A stretch of 64,000 nucleotides of DNA. Source: an uncultured Chloroflexia bacterium. GTDB taxonomy: Bacteria > Chloroflexota > Anaerolineae > Anaerolineales > Villigracilaceae. The number at the start of each line of letters is the position of its first letter. Position 1 is the first letter of the stretch. The stretch covers positions 69,828 to 133,827 of the forward strand of contig CAWBTW010000010.1 of assembly GCA_963791785.1 (NCBI GenBank). The letters are read 5' to 3'. The position numbers were made by a program, and so were the translations under genes. The notes beneath the pieces are model-generated. The model saw only the letters and a program-made list of their open reading frames with translations. It ran no database searches and had not been told where the DNA came from. Shown piece after piece: positions 42,177 to 51,466 of the stretch.

Positions 42177-42538
42177 ACCTGGAATCTCTCGCAAATAGTA
42201 GACTTTATCGGTAATAAGTTGAAAGTCTGTTTTGGACGCTGATGAACGCAGAAAACGCGGATTTTTTCTCTTTTTCTCAGCGTCAATCAGCGTTTATCTG
42301 CGTCCCAATCTTTATTGCCGATAGAGTCTAGTATGTAAGAGTTTCATAAGAGAATTTTCACAAAGCCCTATAATCGGATAACCCCTGTTATACTGAACTT
42401 CAGTAGGATGCCTGTAAGTTCTTGTTGGACGTAGAAATAACGACTCGTGGCTCATGCAGCCCGGGTCGTTTTGTTTTGACCGAACGCTAGAATACCGCAA
42501 GATCCTCAACATATTTTTTTATTGCCATAGGAGGCAAA

Positions 42539-42748
42539 ATGTCAGAACGTATTACCGGCACGGTCAAGTGGTTCAACGGAGAAAAAGGCTTTGGTTTCAT
42601 CGAGCGTGAAGGCGGCCCGGACGTATTCGTCCACCAGTCCGTCATCATGACCGAAGGCTACCGCGATCTCAACGAAGGTCAGCAGGTGGAATTCGAAATC
42701 ACCCAGGGCCCCAAGGGTTTGCAGGCTGCTGAAGTCAAACCGCTCTAA
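42539..42748 (+). CDS. cold-shock protein (CspA family)
   Basis: Intact 69-aa ORF with [15 protein letters not shown] and DVFVHQS (RNP1/RNP2). RBS is AGGAGG. Confidence 0.9.
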   Translation: MSERITGTVKWFNGEKGFGFIEREGGPDVFVHQSVIMTEGYRDLNEGQQVEFEITQGPKGLQAAEVKPL

Positions 42749-42770
42749 GCTGTAACACCGTTACAAAAAC

Positions 42771-42801
42771 AAAGCTCCCGCTTGAAAAAGTGGGAGCTTT
42801 T
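42771..42801 (+). terminator. intrinsic terminator of csp
   Basis: AAAGCTCCCGCTT-GAAA-AAGTGGGAGCTTT forms a 13-bp stem with a GNRA loop and runs into TTTT. A second 13-bp hairpin lies at 42808-42844. Confidence 0.75.
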
Positions 42802-42930
42802 CGGTAACAAAGTGACAGTCACCTGAAAGACGACTGTCACTTTGTGAATTTAGATTAACTCATCCATCCCGAACTATTCTGTGCATCAAGAGGATGCTTT
42901 TCTCTGGGTAGATTGAGTTAAGCTGAAATA

Positions 42931-43929
42931 TTACCAGGCATAAGCCATCGGCGCTTCGCCACCGGGGCCGGGGAAAATTTCATCCAACTTCTTGAGCGTT
43001 TCCTCGTCAAGTTCGATGCTGGCCGCACGGACGGCGCTCTCAAGTTGTTCGATGGTGCGCGGCCCGATAATGGGAGCAGTCACAACCGGGTTGTGAAGCA
43101 GCCAGGCTATGGCAACTTCTCCGGGCGGATGGCCGATCTCTTTGCAAAGTGATTCGTATTTTTCAAGTTGATCGCGTTTCTCTTCAACAAGTTTAATAAA
43201 CTCCTCGTCCTTGCGACGACCGGTGTTATATTTCCCCAGTGCTCCACCCAAAAGCCCTCTGCCTAGCGGGCTCCAGGGGATCAATCCCAGCCCGTACTCT
43301 CGACAGGCCGGAATAACTTCCAGTTCGATCATGCGATTATCGAGATGGTAAATACTCTGTTCGCTGACCAGTCCCATCAAGTTGCGTTTCGAGGCTTCCT
43401 GGCAAGCAGTAGCGATATCCCAGCCCGCGAAATTGCTGGAACCTACATAGACCACTTTCCCTTGCTTAACCAAAGCGTCGAAGCTCTGCCAGGCTTCATC
43501 CCAGGGGCACTCATGGTCCACGTGGTGCATTTGATACAGGTCGATCCAGTCGGTTTGCAGACGCAGCAAGCTGCCCTCGCAATGCTTGCGGATTTTGTAA
43601 GCACTCAGGCTGCGCCCGTCGCTGTTGACTTCTGTTAAATTGGCTTTGCGCTCTACCGGGTTATAGACTTTGGTTGCCAGAACAACTGCATCGCGCCGTC
43701 CGCCGCCCTGGGCAAACCAACGGCCGATGATTTCTTCGGTGTGCCCGTGTTCGACTTCCCAGCCATACACATCTGCGGTGTCGAAGAAGTTGATTCCCAG
43801 CTCCAGCGCGTGGTCCATGATCGCGAAGCTGTCTTCTTCGGTCGTGTGCCAACCAAAGTTCATGGTGCCAAGGCATATGTTGCTGACTAGTACCCCATGC
43901 TTCCCAAGTCTTTTGTGTGTTACTGCCAT
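42931..43929 (-). CDS. aldo/keto reductase
   Basis: Intact 332-aa ORF with ..LGINFFDTADVYG... Confidence 0.85.
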   Translation of the reverse strand: MAVTHKRLGKHGVLVSNICLGTMNFGWHTTEEDSFAIMDHALELGINFFDTADVYGWEVEHGHTEEIIGRWFAQGGGRRDAVVLATKVYNPVERKANLTEVNSDGRSLSAYKIRKHCEGSLLRLQTDWIDLYQMHHVDHECPWDEAWQSFDALVKQGKVVYVGSSNFAGWDIATACQEASKRNLMGLVSEQSIYHLDNRMIELEVIPACREYGLGLIPWSPLGRGLLGGALGKYNTGRRKDEEFIKLVEEKRDQLEKYESLCKEIGHPPGEVAIAWLLHNPVVTAPIIGPRTIEQLESAVRAASIELDEETLKKLDEIFPGPGGEAPMAYAW

Positions 43930-43965
43930 CGTGTCTCTCCTCTCCAGGTATCTATTTTATTATTG

Positions 43966-43989
43966 AAACGCCCTCATCCGAGGGCGTTT
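43966..43989 (-). terminator. hairpin downstream of the LLM oxidoreductase gene
   Basis: AAACGCCCTC-ATCC-GAGGGCGTTT forms a 10-bp stem. The U tract is weak. Confidence 0.5.
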
Positions 43990-44028
43990 ATCTGTGTTAG
44001 TTAATTGTGATGGTGCATGACGATGAGT

Positions 44029-45025
44029 TTACTTCTGCGCAAACGTATCGATCAATAGCTTGAAGTTCCCGCCAACAGGATACAGGATCGGGCAGGTGCA
44101 TCCGCGCTTGACGTATTCGTCCACTTTGGCGCGCGCTTCATCGGGTGTGCCCGAGGCCGTGATCTTGTATACCAGTTCGTCTGGGACCAGGTGCTTGGCT
44201 TTGTTGATTTGCTCCTTGGTAGCGGGCCAGCCCAAAATGGACTGGATTTCCTGCACCACCTCATCCGAAACACCGGAGGCTTTGGCGATGTGCGGCTGCT
44301 GGGCCATGTACTGGCAGAGCAGCATCTTGGAATATTCGATGGCTGTGTCGTGATCATGGTCCACCGAGCAGACGATCAGCTGCGGGCGGTCGATGTCATC
44401 TAGGCTGCGGCCTGCTCGCTTCGCGCCGGTTTCAAGCTGTTCCAGCGCGCGGTCGTTGTATTCGGGGGCGACGCAGTAATTCATCACCGCGCCGTCGGCG
44501 ATTTCGCCGGTTAGTTCCATCATCTTGGGACCGGTGGCACCGATCATGATCGGGACGTTGCGCGGCTCGCGACGGCCATGCACTACATCCAGTTCGATCT
44601 CGTTGACATGGTGGAATTCGCCGTGAAAGGTGACCCGTTCCATATTGAGCAGGCGGCGCAGCACTTCAACGGTCTCGCGCATGGCGAGTCAGTGGTTTGC
44701 GGCGTTCGATTCCCACATTGGCTGCCAGCGGATCCCACCAGGCGCCGATCCCGCAGATCGCGCGGTTCGGGGCCAGGTCATCCAGCGTCAAAAAGGTGGC
44801 GGCCAACAGCCCGATATTTCGCGTCCAGTTGTTGATCACACCCGAGCCGACTTTCAGTTTCTCGGTCACAGCGGCGTAAGCGGCCATCGGGACAATGGCA
44901 TCACGCACCAGACGTGATTCCGCCTGCCAGACGGCTTCGAAGCCGCGCTGTTCTGCATAGCGGGCATAATCCAGACCATCCCGAAGATCATGGGAATCTT
45001 GCAGATATAATGCTACTCGTTCCAC
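44029..45025 (-). pseudogene. LLM-class (luciferase-like) flavin/F420-dependent oxidoreductase with one frame disruption near 44675
   Basis: Fragments 44666-45025 and 44029-44682. ..[12 protein letters not shown]..; ..[20 protein letters not shown]... The phase step equals +1 nt. Confidence 0.75.
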
Positions 45026-45223
45026 GGACTAGCCTCCATATGCTTTTTATGTTCTCTTCTCTGATAGGGCGAAATTGTATCATATTGGTGTAAATATCTG
45101 TACGGACTTTAAAAAGGGAGTGGCTAAAAAGATGGGCTTGAAAGAATTTCACCACAGAGCACACACCGTTCGTGCCGAGAGCGACAGAGATTTCCCCTTT
45201 TATTTTCTCTGATCTACTCCGTG

Positions 45224-45261
45224 AAAAACACCGTTTCCCGTTTGACGGGAACGGTGTTTTT
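45224..45261 (-). terminator. intrinsic (bidirectional-type) terminator
   Basis: AAAAACACCGTTTCCCG-TTTGA-CGGGAACGGTGTTTTTT (one bulge), immediately downstream of the amidohydrolase stop. Confidence 0.7.
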
Positions 45262-45283
45262 TACTTATAAACGTGCATGAGGG

Positions 45284-46608
45284 TTACAACCGCTTCCACA
45301 TCTGCGGTGCAAGTTCGCGTGAGCGGGCTGCGATGCGCTCTTCGTCCATGCTGAGAATTTGCTTGTTCTTCATCAAGATCTGGCCGCGGCAGACGGTAGT
45401 ATCCACAGTCGCATCTGTCAGGCCGAAGATCAGATGGCCCAGGAAGTTGTTTTCATCGAGCGGGGTGGGAGGCTGGTAATCGAGGATGGCCATGTCGGCG
45501 GGAAGACCCTCGGCCAGTTCGCCTACGCGGATCCCAAACTGGCGCTCGACGATGTCGGCGTTGTTTCCCAGCAGCAGTTGCGGCGCTTCCATGAAGGCGA
45601 CGCGCGGGTCGCGGTTGTCAAGGCGGTGAAGCAGGTAAGCGCAGCGCATCTGGGAGAGCATATCGGAGGCCATGCCGTCTGTGCCCAGACCGACCAGGAT
45701 GTCCTTTTCCAGCATTTTTAAAACCTGTGGTGACGCCGACTGCGTTGTTCATGTTCGATTCGGGATTATGGACGACGATGGTTTTAGTGGCTGCGATCGT
45801 ATCCATCTCGGACTTCGTCAACATGGACACAGTGAACGAAGATGGATTTCTCGCCCGTGACATTCAACTTGTGCAACCGTTCGACCGTGGGGACGCCGTA
45901 CTTTGTCGAGAGAATCTTCTCGGTCAGCGGCATCCTCCGCCACGTGGATGTGACAGCCCACGCCCGCATCTTTGGCGATGCCCACGCAGGCTTCGACAGT
46001 TTCGTCTGAGACAGGTGAAGGAAGCGTGCAAGCCCATCATGGCCGCGATCTGACCGTCACCTTTGCCTATTTTCTTGATGAAGCGCTCATTCTCGGCAAC
46101 TCCGCCGCCTTTTGCGTTGCGATCTGAAACCTCGTAGCACAGCGAGGCGCGCAAGCCTGCTTCTCGCACGGCAGTTTCGATCAGGTCGAGGGAGCCGTCC
46201 CGCATGGAGGGCGAAGCGTGATGGTCGATGATGGTAGTGGTCCCGTTGCGGATGCACTCGATCAGGGGGATCTGCGCAGAGAGCGTGATGTCTTCGCCTT
46301 CGATAGCCTTGTCCACTTTCCACCACAAGCGTTCCAGGATTTCTACGAAATTCGAGGCAGGTTCGCCAGGGATGGCCATCCCGCGCGCCATGGTGGAATA
46401 GAAATGGTGATGGGCGCAGATGAAACCGGGCAGGACGATCTTGCCCGCGCAATCCACAGATTTCTGCATCAGGATACCGTTTTTTCATCTCGGTTGTATC
46501 ACCAACAGCCGCTATGGTCTCTCCTTCGGTAACAACCGAACCATTCCAGATGACGCGGTTGTTATTTCCAAGTGTTACTACAATCCCGTTTTCAAATCGA
46601 GTTGCCAT
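45284..46608 (-). pseudogene. SsnA/TRZ-ATZ-type amidohydrolase with at least four frame disruptions
   Basis: ..LPGFICAHHHFYSTMARGM.., ..HIHVAEDA.., ..VHCVHVDE.., ..VVHNPESNMNNAVG.., ..GLGTDGMASDM.. are spread over ORFs 46087-46608, 45924-46469, 45784-45969, 45618-45863 and 45284-45715. All phase steps equal +1 nt. Confidence 0.75.
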
Positions 46609-46656
46609 TTTCTACTTCCTTTCTCTAATTCTCTACCAACATCTTCTAAGTTTCTG

Positions 46657-49137
46657 TCACGCTTTTCGGGTGCGTTCCCGCATCGTGATTGCGCCGACGA
46701 AGCATTTTTGAGCGCAAATCGAGCAGCCAATGCAAAGCGCCGGGTCTGTTTGGAGATGACCCTGGTCATCGGGTTTGATGGCCAGATATGGACAGCGGGC
46801 GCAATTTCCGCACAGGGTACACAGTTCGTGGTCGATGTTCGAGATTTTCTTCACCGGAGTGAGATCCATGAAGTCGGTGATCGGTTGCGGCTGGGCGATC
46901 CCGATCAGTTCACTCATGGAAGTAAGCCCACGTTCCTGCATCAGGAAGGATGTGCCGGATTCAAGTTCGCGGATGATGCCCACGCCGTGTTTCATGGCAA
47001 TGGTGCAGAACTGAACAGTCTTGACGCCGAGCGCCAGGAAGTCCATTGCAGCTTTATAGTTCATTGGGCCGCCGTTGCCGGAAATCTCGATGCCTTCCGG
47101 CACTGCATTTGCCAGCGTCAGGTACGAGATGGGCGTTACACCTTCACCGCTCATGCCTACAACGACACCCTCCTCCCAACTGCGCCCGGATGCCGAGCGG
47201 AAAGCTAAGGTTGGGAAGGAGTTAGCCAGCGTGATGCCTGCTTTTTTGTTTGGATATTTCTCGAGTACTTCCCGAATGGCGCGCAGGATTGGCACAATGG
47301 ATGTGACCGCTGCGGTCAATTTGAACAATTTCGGGATATCTGGATCGCCAATATCCATGATCCAATCGATGATTTTGGCGGTCAGGGCAGCGTTTTGGGA
47401 GACGATATCGCCCTCGGTGCCATCCCCACCCTGCGGACAGGATAAAGAGTATTCAATCGCCATGGTGCCGGCCCCTTCCAGCATTTTGGTGTTAGACTGC
47501 CAGCCCTTCGCATCGGACTCATCATCACCTGTTACCGGTCCGCCGGTGGATCCAATCGTCAGCCGGTCGGGCCATTCTTTGACAAGCTGCTCGATCTCCT
47601 GGCAGACGCGGTCAAGCGGATGCCCTGACACATTATCGCAGTTGCCGTATGTGAGCGGATCGAATGAGACCATGTACTCTGACGGGATGTGGATGGGGAG
47701 ATTGTCGAAGGCAGTCTTCATAATGCCGCCAGCCCAGCCTGCTTTGTAAGCTATGTTCATCTGTTCCAAGCCATCTGTGACCGGCGAGGCGGAGAGCAGG
47801 TATGGTGAACGAATGGTGCGCCCGAAGAAATCGGTTTCGAGCGAGACAGGTATTGGGTTGTACCCCGGCAGGGCGTAGTAAGACTTAGATACCTTCTCTA
47901 TTTTTGGTGCTTCCTGTTGGTTTAGATATGCATCGACTTGGATAGCCGCGTTTTTCCCGGAAGCTACAGCTTCGACCACTGTTTTTGGACCGGTCAGCAT
48001 GTCGCCTGCATAGAAGACTCCATCGACCTCTTCACGCGGCAATGTCGAACGCATCCCGATCGAGATGATGACTGCCTCGATGTCCGCGCACAGGCAATCG
48101 GTCCCATCCACGTCGCGGACATTGGCTGGGCTGAATGGCTTACCCTCGGGGAGTTCAACCTTCAGGGTCTTGATGCCCCAGAGCCCCTGGGCGTCTTTGA
48201 GCACACGCGTCACGCGCATGCGGCCATTGACCTCGATATCATAATCTACCAAATCCTGACGTTCACGTGTCGTGAGCGGCATCTCAGATAGTTTCTCGAG
48301 CATGAACAGCCCGACTTGTTTGGCGCCACGCGCCTTGGCCGTGATGGCGCAGTCGACCGCGGTCGCGCCGCCACCGACTACTGCCACACGCCCATCGAAT
48401 TTATACTTTTCTGGATCAGCGAGCAGGTCGGCCATCGATATTGCCAATTCTTCATTCTCGATGCCCAGTTCGATGGGTTTCCACAACCCAACCGTGACGC
48501 AGACCGCATCATAGCCTTGATCTAGCAGGGATTTCGGATCATCGACCTTTGTTTCGGTTTTCGCTGTGATCTGGCCGAGCGAGAGCAGGAATTCGATATC
48601 TGTCTCGACTACTTTCTTGTCCAGGCGGTCGTCAGGGATGAGGTTCATCATGCCGCCAAGTTGGTCGCGGGCTTCAAAAATGTCAACGGCATACCCCATC
48701 TGTGCCAGGGCGGCTGCAGTTCCCAGCCCGGACGGGCCGCCGCCCACCACTGCAACTTTCATCCCATTTTGAGCCGGTATGGAAAATTCTGGAATTCCTC
48801 CCAGATCCTTTGCCATTTGGACGATGGTAGCTTGAACCAGGGGGATATTTATTGATCCATCGAATTTCTTATGCGTGCAGGCCGCCATGCATAATGTATC
48901 AGGACAGACCATACCGCAGACACCGCCAAGAGGATTGTTATGCATGATTTCTGCGGCAGAGCGCTTGATGTCGGATGGATTTCCCACACGGGCTGCCATA
49001 ATGAAATCAAAGGGCGAGCAATTGACGGGGCAGGCTTCCTTGCACGGCTTTTCTTCGCAATACTCGCATCTCAATAGCTCTGCTTGTAACTGATGCTTGG
49101 TCATCATGAGAGCATCAGGGCCTTCATTCTTTGCCAT
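46657..49137 (-). CDS. dihydropyrimidine-dehydrogenase-like fusion: GltD-type NAD(P)H/FAD domain, PreA/DHODH-like FMN barrel and 2x[4Fe-4S]
   Basis: Intact 826-aa ORF. It has an N-terminal Cys cluster, VAVVGGGPSGL and VAVVGGGATAVD dinucleotide folds, a central TIM-barrel-like region, and C-terminal CTLCGNCARCP..CIGCSICAQKC. Confidence 0.75.
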   Translation of the reverse strand: MAKNEGPDALMMTKHQLQAELLRCEYCEEKPCKEACPVNCSPFDFIMAARVGNPSDIKRSAAEIMHNNPLGGVCGMVCPDTLCMAACTHKKFDGSINIPLVQATIVQMAKDLGGIPEFSIPAQNGMKVAVVGGGPSGLGTAAALAQMGYAVDIFEARDQLGGMMNLIPDDRLDKKVVETDIEFLLSLGQITAKTETKVDDPKSLLDQGYDAVCVTVGLWKPIELGIENEELAISMADLLADPEKYKFDGRVAVVGGGATAVDCAITAKARGAKQVGLFMLEKLSEMPLTTRERQDLVDYDIEVNGRMRVTRVLKDAQGLWGIKTLKVELPEGKPFSPANVRDVDGTDCLCADIEAVIISIGMRSTLPREEVDGVFYAGDMLTGPKTVVEAVASGKNAAIQVDAYLNQQEAPKIEKVSKSYYALPGYNPIPVSLETDFFGRTIRSPYLLSASPVTDGLEQMNIAYKAGWAGGIMKTAFDNLPIHIPSEYMVSFDPLTYGNCDNVSGHPLDRVCQEIEQLVKEWPDRLTIGSTGGPVTGDDESDAKGWQSNTKMLEGAGTMAIEYSLSCPQGGDGTEGDIVSQNAALTAKIIDWIMDIGDPDIPKLFKLTAAVTSIVPILRAIREVLEKYPNKKAGITLANSFPTLAFRSASGRSWEEGVVVGMSGEGVTPISYLTLANAVPEGIEISGNGGPMNYKAAMDFLALGVKTVQFCTIAMKHGVGIIRELESGTSFLMQERGLTSMSELIGIAQPQPITDFMDLTPVKKISNIDHELCTLCGNCARCPYLAIKPDDQGHLQTDPALCIGCSICAQKCFVGAITMRERTRKA

Positions 49138-49289
49138 GGGACACCTCTTTTTTGATAGATTGGAAGTTTTGTGAACAACTACACTATCGATTATAGCATT
49201 TTACAGATGGACAGTTGAGTAACATAACTCATCAGAATAGAGGAAACAACTCTCTTTGAGTTTCGCTTTTTGCGCGCCGGGTGCATCAA

Positions 49290-49320
49290 AATTGCACTTG
49301 GCTTATAGCCAAGTGCAATT
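49290..49320. other. 14-bp perfect hairpin between cofC and the DPD-like gene
   Basis: AATTGCACTTGGCT-TAT-AGCCAAGTGCAATT. Confidence 0.6.
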
Positions 49321-49383
49321 AGTGGAAGTGAATTGTTGGTACCTGTTGATGAAAATATTGTAGGGAAGGTGCTTTATGTTCGG

Positions 49384-50025
49384 TCAGGAAGACTTCTCCA
49401 GAACAGAAAGCTCTTCAAAATCCAGGCCTTCCAGCTTGAGAACCTCTTCAAGGTCTTCGGGCAGGTCCAGGTCGAGGCCCAGAGACGGTAAGGTGACTAT
49501 TTCCAACCGAGCGCCGGCCTGCCGGGCCATCTCACAATGGCGTTTGAATGAACCGGGGCCAAAATCATAATCGATCAGGCCAGCCGGGCTGATCAACAAT
49601 GCATTGGTTCCCTCCTCGCGCCGGTCAGGGGCGATCACCACCACCGGTGGTTTTGTGGCATGCTCGACCAGTGTCAGGATGTCATCTTTGGTTATCAAAG
49701 GCAGGTCAGCAGGCAAGACCAGTACCCCCCGAGTAGCATACACTTGTGCCACAACGGTTGCTCGTTCTAATGCAGTATTCAATTGCGGTGAACCAGCCGC
49801 CTCGCGCACCGTCCGTGCTCCATGGTCGCGCGCAAGCGAAAGCGCAGCCGGGTCACGGCTGACAACCAGAATTTGCTCGATTTCTCTCAGGTCTGTCAGG
49901 GTTTTGAGGGTATGTTCCAACAGCAGTTGGTTTAGGTGCGCTCGTTCGTCTTCCGATAAAGTTCCAGCCAGGCGGGACTTGCCGCGCCGTAAAGGTTTTA
50001 CAGGCACAATAGCCCAAAGTGTCAT
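49384..50025 (-). CDS. cofC: 2-phospho-L-lactate / phosphoenolpyruvate guanylyltransferase (CofC/FbiD)
   Basis: Intact 213-aa ORF starting MTLWAIVPVKPLRRGKSRLAG... ATGA overlap with cofD at 50022-50025. Confidence 0.85.
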   Translation of the reverse strand: MTLWAIVPVKPLRRGKSRLAGTLSEDERAHLNQLLLEHTLKTLTDLREIEQILVVSRDPAALSLARDHGARTVREAAGSPQLNTALERATVVAQVYATRGVLVLPADLPLITKDDILTLVEHATKPPVVVIAPDRREEGTNALLISPAGLIDYDFGPGSFKRHCEMARQAGARLEIVTLPSLGLDLDLPEDLEEVLKLEGLDFEELSVLEKSS

Positions 50026-51005
50026 AGAAGTCTCCCAATAAAGTGTAGCACATCTTGTGCCAGTATTGCACGTTTTGTTAAGAGATTCATAAGTGTATCG
50101 GTGGTTAGCGTCGGAATCGCTAACTTTTTTGCAAGCTCAGCATCAATATTATCCAAAACGAAGCCGCTTAGGATATCTTGATAATGTTCCGCAACGGCCA
50201 GCGCTGAGGGCTGGATGCCCAATTCCGCATACATCTTGGCCGCTGGACCTTTGACTGTTTCTCCGCCGATGATGGGGGATACGGCGACGACTGGGTTTCC
50301 CTCACCCCTTCGCCCCTCTCCCTGAGGGAGATGGGTTGGGGTGAGGGAGAGAATCGCTAAAATCGGATCGATACTCACCCAGGGATTCGACGGGCAGATC
50401 ACAATCGCATCGGCTGCCTCTATCGCTTCAACCGCGCCCGGGGCTGCTTCCGCTGTATCGATACCTTCAAAGCGAAAGCCCCTCACCTTCGGCTCACACC
50501 TACGATGGACGAAGTATTCCTGAAAGGCCAACTCACCTTCATCCGTCTCGACAATTGTCCGCACCGGTTGATCGGACATAGGTAAAACGGTTGGCTCAAT
50601 GCTCCAGGCTTTGCAGAAATCACGCGTGATTTGTGAAAGGGTCTGGCCTTCCTGCATCCGTCGTGTGCGTTCAAGATGGGTGCCCAAATCCTGATCGCCC
50701 AGGTTGAACCAATCCGGGCCGCCAAGCGCTTTTGCGTTTTCGATGGCACCCCATGTTTCGTTCTTACGCCCCCAGCCTGTTTCGGGATTTGCCAGTCCCG
50801 CCAGTGTGTAGCAAACCGTGTCCAGATCGGGCGAGATGTACAGGCCATAGTGTTCAAAGTCATCGCCGGTATTGACGATGACGGTCAGGTTTTCAGGGGG
50901 CAGGATTTGGGCCAGTCCGTGAGCGAGCTTTGCGCCGCCCACGCCGCCAGCCAATGCGACGATCTTTGGACGGCTGACGATAGACGATGGACGATGATTG
51001 CTCAT
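50022..51005 (-). CDS. cofD: 2-phospho-L-lactate transferase (CofD/FbiA)
   Basis: Intact 327-aa ORF with ..IVALAGGVGGAKLAHGL.., ..CPSNPWVSIDPILA.. and ..VVAVSPIIGG... It contains the repeat element at 50299-50347 in frame. Confidence 0.85.
   Translation of the reverse strand: MSNHRPSSIVSRPKIVALAGGVGGAKLAHGLAQILPPENLTVIVNTGDDFEHYGLYISPDLDTVCYTLAGLANPETGWGRKNETWGAIENAKALGGPDWFNLGDQDLGTHLERTRRMQEGQTLSQITRDFCKAWSIEPTVLPMSDQPVRTIVETDEGELAFQEYFVHRRCEPKVRGFRFEGIDTAEAAPGAVEAIEAADAIVICPSNPWVSIDPILAILSLTPTHLPQGEGRRGEGNPVVAVSPIIGGETVKGPAAKMYAELGIQPSALAVAEHYQDILSGFVLDNIDAELAKKLAIPTLTTDTLMNLLTKRAILAQDVLHFIGRLL
50299..50347. repeat. nested-palindrome repeat element, intragenic copy inside cofD
   Basis: CCCTCACCCC-TTCG-CCCCTCTCCC-TGA-GGGAGATGGG-TT-GGGGTGAGGG, translated on the minus strand as SLTPTHLPQGEGRRGEG. 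Confidence 0.85.
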
Positions 51006-51409
51006 TGCTGGTCTACCGCAATGTAAAAAGCGTCTTCTTCCCGAACGCCAGATGGATTAAGAGCTTTTCGGAAGGCTTGAAGCTTTTTAGCCAGAGTCTG
51101 TGCTTGTTTATCTGCTTCATTGAAAAGCGTGGGATCCTTCAGATATTTTCTTCGATGGATGATTCGTTGACAGGCAAATGTTTCAATTAAGGATCGGACC
51201 GCCATACCAAGAAACCGATTTTGTTCTGCGTCACTTTGTCCAGTTGATCCCTCGGCAATGTTCAGGGCAATTGATGTTGCGGCGCGAGTTAGTTGGGATT
51301 TGAGATTGTAGTTTTCGCTAGCGGGAAGCTTGTGGGCTATTTCATACATCAAATCAATATACTCCAAGGATAGCTGCCATACATCTAACCGTTCAAATTT
51401 AAAAGTCAC
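51002..51409 (-). CDS. four-helix-bundle protein (23S rRNA intervening-sequence protein family)
   Basis: Intact 135-aa ORF: MTFKFERLDVWQLSLEYIDLMYEI..LTRAATSIALNIAEGS..FLGMAVRSLIE... ATGA overlap with cofD at 51002-51005. A sampled line is about 42% GC against about 65% in cofD. Confidence 0.75.
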   Translation of the reverse strand: MTFKFERLDVWQLSLEYIDLMYEIAHKLPASENYNLKSQLTRAATSIALNIAEGSTGQSDAEQNRFLGMAVRSLIETFACQRIIHRRKYLKDPTLFNEADKQAQTLAKKLQAFRKALNPSGVREEDAFYIAVDQQ

Positions 51410-51466
51410 CTTGCCTCCTTGAATTTAATCGGATTAAAATCACGTTCTATAGTCCACCGTCTACGG

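Noticed and set aside
49290-49320. The hairpin AATTGCACTTGGCT-TAT-AGCCAAGTGCAATT as a third member of the AAGTGC..GCACTT family.
   Set aside because: It shares only the heptamer CAAGTGC/GCACTTG with that family. The arm length, spacing and flanks differ. I kept it as an independent hairpin, a possible cofC terminator without a U tract.
51002-51409. The four-helix-bundle gene as the Avd component of a diversity-generating retroelement.
   Set aside because: The window contains no reverse transcriptase gene, no template/variable repeat pair and no target gene with a C-type-lectin-like end.
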